DNA of 61,552 nucleotides from a virus (Duplodnaviria; Caudoviricetes): IMG/VR virus record IMGVR_UViG_3300029258_003188, positions 1 to 61,552 of that record; one strand, 5' to 3'. Shown piece by piece: positions 56,653 to 61,552 of this stretch (position 1 is its first letter; each line of letters starts with the position of its first letter). The notes under the pieces were generated by a model. It saw only the letters and a program-made list of their open reading frames with translations, ran no database searches and was not told where the DNA came from. The position numbers and the translations under genes were made by a program.

Positions 56653-57057
56653 ATGTCGTTTAGCTGTACGGATAAGTACCTAACTACTGATTCGAGAGAA
56701 TTAGCACATATTTTATTTGAGAACTCTCTGAATAGCATGCTTACAGGTGTGAATCTAGTTCAGTCGCTGGTAAGGTTGCTGCAAGCAACAGAGAAACCAG
56801 CAAAACTAATTGAAATTATAAGATTACTAATCTCAGCAATTATTCATAAGATTAATGATCTGCAAACACATGTCTATAAGTCAGAAATGATTGAATCTGG
56901 ATCCGGGTCAGGGATGGTTGCGATAAATAAGTTTTTTGTCATATCATCCTTGAGTAGTTTAGTTGAATCACTAGAATCTATGTATAGATCTTATAACTCA
57001 GAAAGAGTACTTAGTAGCGAGGGAATGCTTTTCCCGGCTAGAATAGTTAATTACTAG
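56653..57057 (+). CDS. Helical hypothetical protein with LFP motif
   Basis: GGAGG RBS; ends SERVLSSEGMLFPARI. Confidence 0.65.
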   Translation: MSFSCTDKYLTTDSRELAHILFENSLNSMLTGVNLVQSLVRLLQATEKPAKLIEIIRLLISAIIHKINDLQTHVYKSEMIESGSGSGMVAINKFFVISSLSSLVESLESMYRSYNSERVLSSEGMLFPARIVNY

Positions 57058-57248
57058 GAGTAATCATGCCAGTATCATTAGAAGATCTGGAGGCATACTT
57101 GGAGCAAATACCTAAGGAAAGATTAACTACTGATTCGAGAGAATTAGCACATATTTTATTTGAGAACTCTCTGAATAGCATGCTTACAGGTGTGAATCTA
57201 GTTCAGTCGCTGGTAAGGTTGCTGCAAGCAACAGAGAAACCAGCAAAA
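56681..57248 (+). repeat. Exact 125-nt direct repeat (56681-56805 and 57124-57248)
   Basis: Both copies encode LTTDSRELAHILFENSLNSMLTGVNLVQSLVRLLQATEKPAK. Confidence 0.9.
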
Positions 57249-57662
57249 ATGTGGTTTTACTTTAGAGGTTACCGCTACGAAGATTTACCTCTAGATGGAA
57301 CAGCACTCAATTATTGTTATGAAGTACCTCATGCAATTGTAAGCAGCTTATCTGATGAACTATTTGGGGAATCACTAGACAGTATATATTCTGGAGTAGA
57401 CAACATGTCTGAGCTTGTCTCTAAAGTGATAAAGCTAAAAGAGCCTAGTAAAGTAGTTGAATTTATTAAATTAATAGCTGCCTCCCTAGCCTTTAAGCAA
57501 GACGATCTAAGAACAAACCCTACAAAGTATGTAGAGAACACTAATTTTCTACTTTTAGAGAGATTCGGCCCAGATAATATCCAGATGGTTTTACGGAATG
57601 AGGCAGATGCCCTAGTGCATATAATCGAGACATACAGCTCTGAGCGGTTAACCCACAGCTAG
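57066..57662 (+). CDS. Helical hypothetical protein, paralogue of 56653 and 57857
   Basis: Shared 125-nt block; LEDLEAYL start and SER end resemble 57857. Confidence 0.65.
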   Translation: MPVSLEDLEAYLEQIPKERLTTDSRELAHILFENSLNSMLTGVNLVQSLVRLLQATEKPAKMWFYFRGYRYEDLPLDGTALNYCYEVPHAIVSSLSDELFGESLDSIYSGVDNMSELVSKVIKLKEPSKVVEFIKLIAASLAFKQDDLRTNPTKYVENTNFLLLERFGPDNIQMVLRNEADALVHIIETYSSERLTHS

Positions 57663-57856
57663 AATAATTAAGGAGGAAAAATTCGGATCTACTATCTATG
57701 ACCGTGAGCTGTCAGACGTATGGCCGCAAACAGCCAGGGAATACTTTGAGGAGGGGAAATGAATATACTAGCTGCACAGGGTAATATCAACCTTAATGAA
57801 TACCTTGACCACCCAACAGAAGACCAGCAGACCAAACTAGTAGAGGGAGAACTAAG

Positions 57857-58315
57857 ATGCTTGAGTTAGAGCAGCAAGATAGTATAGATCTAGAGGAATT
57901 CCTAGCCTTACCCACTAGAGGTGAGCCGTTATATACCTTTTGTGACAGGCCCGCCCGACTCCTCGCACCAGTCTGCAGCTATGCTTTCGCCAATGAATCA
58001 ATACAGAGACTAGAAAAGAAGCTGTTTCCAGACATTGCGGATCCAAGCCCAGCAATAAAGAGAATAAGAACACTAGCCAGGAATCTCATGCAGACAGAGT
58101 CTGGCGATAAGCTGGTCAGGAAAATAGTGCTGTTGTACGTAACCGTGCATAAATTCAACTGGAATGTCAGCTTTACCAGAGCTACAAGCCTTATGGGACT
58201 AGTCGAATTAGAAGTTGAACTGTATAAGCTAGCAGTAGTCTGCACCTCAGAACGCAGCTCCAATAAGCTGCTGTTCCCTCTAAAACTAGCGGAAGGAGAA
58301 CTAAAACTAACATGA
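57857..58315 (+). CDS. Helical hypothetical protein with KLFP motifs
   Basis: EKKLFPD and SERSSNKLLFPLKL. Confidence 0.65.
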   Translation: MLELEQQDSIDLEEFLALPTRGEPLYTFCDRPARLLAPVCSYAFANESIQRLEKKLFPDIADPSPAIKRIRTLARNLMQTESGDKLVRKIVLLYVTVHKFNWNVSFTRATSLMGLVELEVELYKLAVVCTSERSSNKLLFPLKLAEGELKLT

Positions 58316-58896
58316 GAATCTACTTCACAGCCGACCTACACCTCAATCACTGGACTACTGAGGATAGGAACATCATAAAGTACTGTTCCAGGCCATTCAC
58401 TACCATAGAGGAGATGAACCAAAATCTAATCACTAACTGGAACAGCCTGGTCCAGCCGGAAGACCTAGTCTATCACCTAGGGGATTTTTGTCTCCGTACC
58501 AGCAAAGAACTGACAGCAGGGCACTGGGAATCACGGCTTAACGGCAAAATAGTTCACATCCTAGGCAACCATGATTATAATAATAAGGTCAGAGGTCTCC
58601 AACAAGCCGTAATCAGGTTCTCCAAGCAGAAAGCACTCCTAGTCCACTACCCACCTACAATGATAGAGGAAATACCAGACTTCTGTAATATAGTCCTCTG
58701 CGGCCATATCCACCATCATTGGAAGACCAAGTACCTAAAGGATAAGCTCCTAATCAATGTTGGTGTAGATGTCTGGGACTATAAACCTGTGAGCATAGAC
58801 CAGATCCTAGCAGAGATACAGCGGACGCCTAATAATATCATTATAGATGAAACCTCTCCTAAAGCTCATACTCACACAGTTTCCATCCCAAGCTAA
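58312..58896 (+). CDS. Calcineurin-like metallophosphoesterase
   Basis: TADLH, HLGDF, GNHD, HYP, CGHIH, INVGVD. Confidence 0.93.
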   Translation: MRIYFTADLHLNHWTTEDRNIIKYCSRPFTTIEEMNQNLITNWNSLVQPEDLVYHLGDFCLRTSKELTAGHWESRLNGKIVHILGNHDYNNKVRGLQQAVIRFSKQKALLVHYPPTMIEEIPDFCNIVLCGHIHHHWKTKYLKDKLLINVGVDVWDYKPVSIDQILAEIQRTPNNIIIDETSPKAHTHTVSIPS

Positions 58897-59289
58897 ATCT
58901 AGTATCTAACAGATGTTAGATAGTCTAACAATCGTTAGATAGTATGCTGAAGCTCAGGAGGTGAGTGTAAGTATAGTCCCAATATAGCTTAATTCAAGGT
59001 ATAAGGAGGGTAATCACTAGTTTAAGCTACTGTAAGTGTTCATAATGCTTAAATAAATTGGGTATGAGTACAGTTGGGTGGAAGCTCCAGTTAAGCTAAG
59101 CTAAGTTATTAAAATAACTAGTAAAGTTAAGGAGTTAATGATAACAGGTAGTATTAGCTCTAGTGAGTGATAAGCTAAGTCATTAAAATAACTAGGATAG
59201 TTTACTAGTTAAGGTACTAGTAAAGCTTAGGTATAGGATGGAGGGGAGTATTATATCTCACTTAACTCCCTTAAACTTAAGGAGAATTT

Positions 59290-59781
59290 ATGCTACAATA
59301 TTATTACACTATAACTCTGGACACTTCCCCAGACACTCTAACCATTTACCCTAGCACTGCCGACACTTCCCCAGACACTCTAACCATTTACCCTAGCACT
59401 GCCGCCACTTACCCTAACACTCTAGCCCCTCAAGTCAATGACTCAAGCACTCGCGCTTGCATCTCAGCAAGGACTTTATTTAACATTGACCCTCTAACTA
59501 ATCAAAAATTTAGGGAGAGTGATCTTCGCCTAATCACTGAAGCTATAACGAAGCATGGTGGCTTAGAGATGCTGGAGAGAGTTATACTATTCTGGGAAGG
59601 GTGTGGGTGGGGGCTTTATCTTAGATTCCTTTCTATGCTGAAGATGGCAGCTCACTTTGCTCTTGGACTAGCTAGTACTGACTTTACCTTAATTGATCAG
59701 GTGTTGGCATTAGCTATTAAGCTGCAGATTGAGGGGATTAATGGTAAAGATAAACTATTTCCTCTAAGACTAGGAAGGTAA
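59290..59781 (+). CDS. Hypothetical protein with 14-aa tandem repeat and KLFP tail
   Basis: 42-nt tandem repeat at 59320-59403 (DTSPDTLTIYPSTA x2); ends KDKLFPLRLGR. Confidence 0.65.
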   Translation: MLQYYYTITLDTSPDTLTIYPSTADTSPDTLTIYPSTAATYPNTLAPQVNDSSTRACISARTLFNIDPLTNQKFRESDLRLITEAITKHGGLEMLERVILFWEGCGWGLYLRFLSMLKMAAHFALGLASTDFTLIDQVLALAIKLQIEGINGKDKLFPLRLGR

Positions 59782-59835
59782 AGTACTGAAAATACTAGAA
59801 GAGAAGAATAAACTATTCCCTAGGAGGTATTTTCT

Positions 59836-60090
59836 ATGGTAAGAACTTATTATAATCCCCTATCTAGATTTAGCTATCAAAAACCACAGCTTGATATTGC
59901 GAAGGAGCGTATATCAGTGGAGCTAAGCTGCCGTCGTCTGATGCTCGGGGAGACTCCACGTCGGTACTTTGGGCACACCCAAGACTATGAAAAATACTCA
60001 AGATTACAGTCGCTTGCAGAAGATAAGCTGAAAGAGTGCATGCCTATTGAAGAGGAGAAGAAGCTATTTCCTAAAAGGAGAGTCAAATGA
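59836..60090 (+). CDS. Hypothetical protein with KLFP tail
   Basis: AGGAGG RBS; ends EKKLFPKRRVK. Confidence 0.65.
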   Translation: MVRTYYNPLSRFSYQKPQLDIAKERISVELSCRRLMLGETPRRYFGHTQDYEKYSRLQSLAEDKLKECMPIEEEKKLFPKRRVK

Positions 60091-60524
60091 AAAAGATGCT
60101 AGTGATGTTAATGCTAATAGTTGCTCCTTATACAGCTCAAGCTGCGTCTTATGATGAGCTGTGCAGTGGAGTGCTGCTCCAGCTGAATAAGTATGGCATA
60201 GATGTTGAAAAGGTCTTGGTGGTAAATATAGCTGCTGGGAAGGTTCTAGGGATTGAGACTATCAACAAGATAAACCCGGAACTACATGAAATACTTGCAA
60301 TATCTACAATAGTAGTGGCTGCACTAGTTAAGGAAAGCGGCAGGAAAATAGACCACGTTGTGCTAGGTCCCTTGACTTTTAATGTAGAAGGAGATGTGAG
60401 GACTTATAGGTTCACATCTTCCATGCAAGAGATATGGGTGTTAGTGGGTAAATACTACGGTGAGGGTGCCCCTCCCGATAAGGAGCTCCAGAAGATTTGG
60501 CATCCAGTTGAAGAGGAAGACTAG
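60087..60524 (+). CDS. Secreted protein with signal peptide
   Basis: MKKMLVMLMLIVAPYTAQA, AQA cleavage site. Confidence 0.75.
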   Translation: MKKMLVMLMLIVAPYTAQAASYDELCSGVLLQLNKYGIDVEKVLVVNIAAGKVLGIETINKINPELHEILAISTIVVAALVKESGRKIDHVVLGPLTFNVEGDVRTYRFTSSMQEIWVLVGKYYGEGAPPDKELQKIWHPVEEED

Positions 60525-60549
60525 GAGGGCTATATGCCCTCTTTTTTTT
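60525..60549 (+). terminator. Intrinsic terminator
   Basis: GAGGGC-TATAT-GCCCTC plus T8. Confidence 0.85.
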
Positions 60550-61552
60550 GATTAACCTATAGTACCTAATCACACTTGAGCACCTATAGTGAATAATCCT
60601 TCTCTGTTTTCACTAAATCTCCGAGTGTGAAGGCAAAAAAAGGAACTAGGTATATTCGTACCGATATAGTACATTTCACTAGTGACTGGAAAAAAGTACT
60701 TGAGAAAAACTCTATATTCACTAGTAATATCACTAAGATATTAGCCTTTATCCACAAGAGGTATATTCGTACCGATATATCATATTCCACTAGTAATTTG
60801 AAAAAAAAAGTGGAGTTGTATACAATAAGTTTAGTTTACTAGTTATTACAATAGCTTACACTAGCATAATCTATGGTGTCTCGACGGTGAGCTATGTTAA
60901 GTACCTATAATGTATAGTATATATTATGCATGACCAGCTTTGTGTATAGCAATACATTACTATAAGTGCTTATTACCTCAATGCAAAAAAAGAGGGTGCA
61001 GATTTGACCTCCAGTTGGGTCTCCCTCTTGCTGTGACCCCTGGGCTATCACCTCCAGGGGGCACAGCCACAGAGCTCATACAAGCTCTGTCCTTACTATT
61101 CTTATACCATAAAATGTATCATACCCCGCCCCCATACCAATATGCCTAGTATCAAGCTAAAGCTATAGCATAAGCATAGATAGGTGATAGCTAGAGCATA
61201 GTGTAGTTAAGCATAGCCAAGGACTTTGACCTATAAGTTAGTGGGGGGTATAGTATATGGAAATGTGGAGTATATATTACATACCATGTAGTTCACGATT
61301 AGCTCCTCTCCTATAGCTATATTTTTTTTTAGCTCCACTAGTCCCTAGCTCCACTAGTCCCTAGCTCCACTAGTCCCTACTAGCTCCTAAAAGTCTAAAA
61401 AAATTTTATAGTTTACTATAGCTCCACCCCTAGTAACTAGCTATAAGTAGTTGATATCTAAAGCTTTTCACTAGTATACTACTTAGTAGTAACTAGTTAA
61501 GTAGTGAATATTCCTAGAGAATATGGGACCCGTCGGTATGGATATACCAATC
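60550..61552. repeat. Non-coding repeat-rich region, candidate origin or genome end
   Basis: AGGTATATTCGTACCGATATA at 60648 and 60759, inverted variant at 61533-61548, DnaA box TTATCCACA at 60748, 16-nt tandem TAGCTCCACTAGTCCC x3 at about 61330-61377. Confidence 0.55.
60985..61095 (-). ncRNA. Candidate three-hairpin sRNA
   Basis: TGGTATAAG at 61101-61109 (minus strand); three GC-rich hairpins ending in a U-run, set in AT-rich non-coding DNA. Confidence 0.6.

Noticed and set aside
60584-61149. ORFs 60584-60790, 60627-60842 and 60940-61149
   Set aside because: They arise from DNA repeats or overlap the structured RNA; no RBS and no recognisable protein features.
1-61552. Stop-codon reassignment suggested by abundant TAG
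   Set aside because: Long genes are intact under the standard code, TAG ends several genes, and no suppressor tRNA was seen.

Overview
A 61.5-kb, AT-rich segment of a tailed dsDNA phage genome (myovirus-like, incomplete: no tail sheath, tube or tape measure recognised). From left to right it holds: (1) a replication block (UDG-PolA fusion, DEDD exonuclease, thioredoxin, Cas4-like nuclease); (2) a leftward operon headed by a retron-type reverse transcriptase and followed by a prokaryotic ubiquitin-like (PRTRC-type E2/JAB/E1/Ubl) system; (3) a single-chain fused beta-beta' RNA polymerase; (4) a head module (spike, intein-containing terminase, prohead protease, many small tagged proteins, major capsid protein); (5) a tRNA/RNA-repair region including a tRNA-Thr split by an HNH-carrying group I intron; (6) neck genes, a SNF2 helicase and a sigma70 factor; (7) repeat-rich accessory genes and a probable origin or terminal region. 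The most striking element is non-coding: at 45194-46295, directly behind a KH-domain gene and closed by a terminator, lie six tandem, sequence-divergent RNA units. Each has retron msr-msd architecture: covarying terminal inverted repeats, an unpaired G facing a G, a short hairpin, an A-rich linker and a long unique hairpin. The only RT in the window lies 35 kb away and has no room for its own ncRNA, which suggests a split, multiplexed retron-like system. All calls come from motif recognition by eye; no database searches or folding programs were run.
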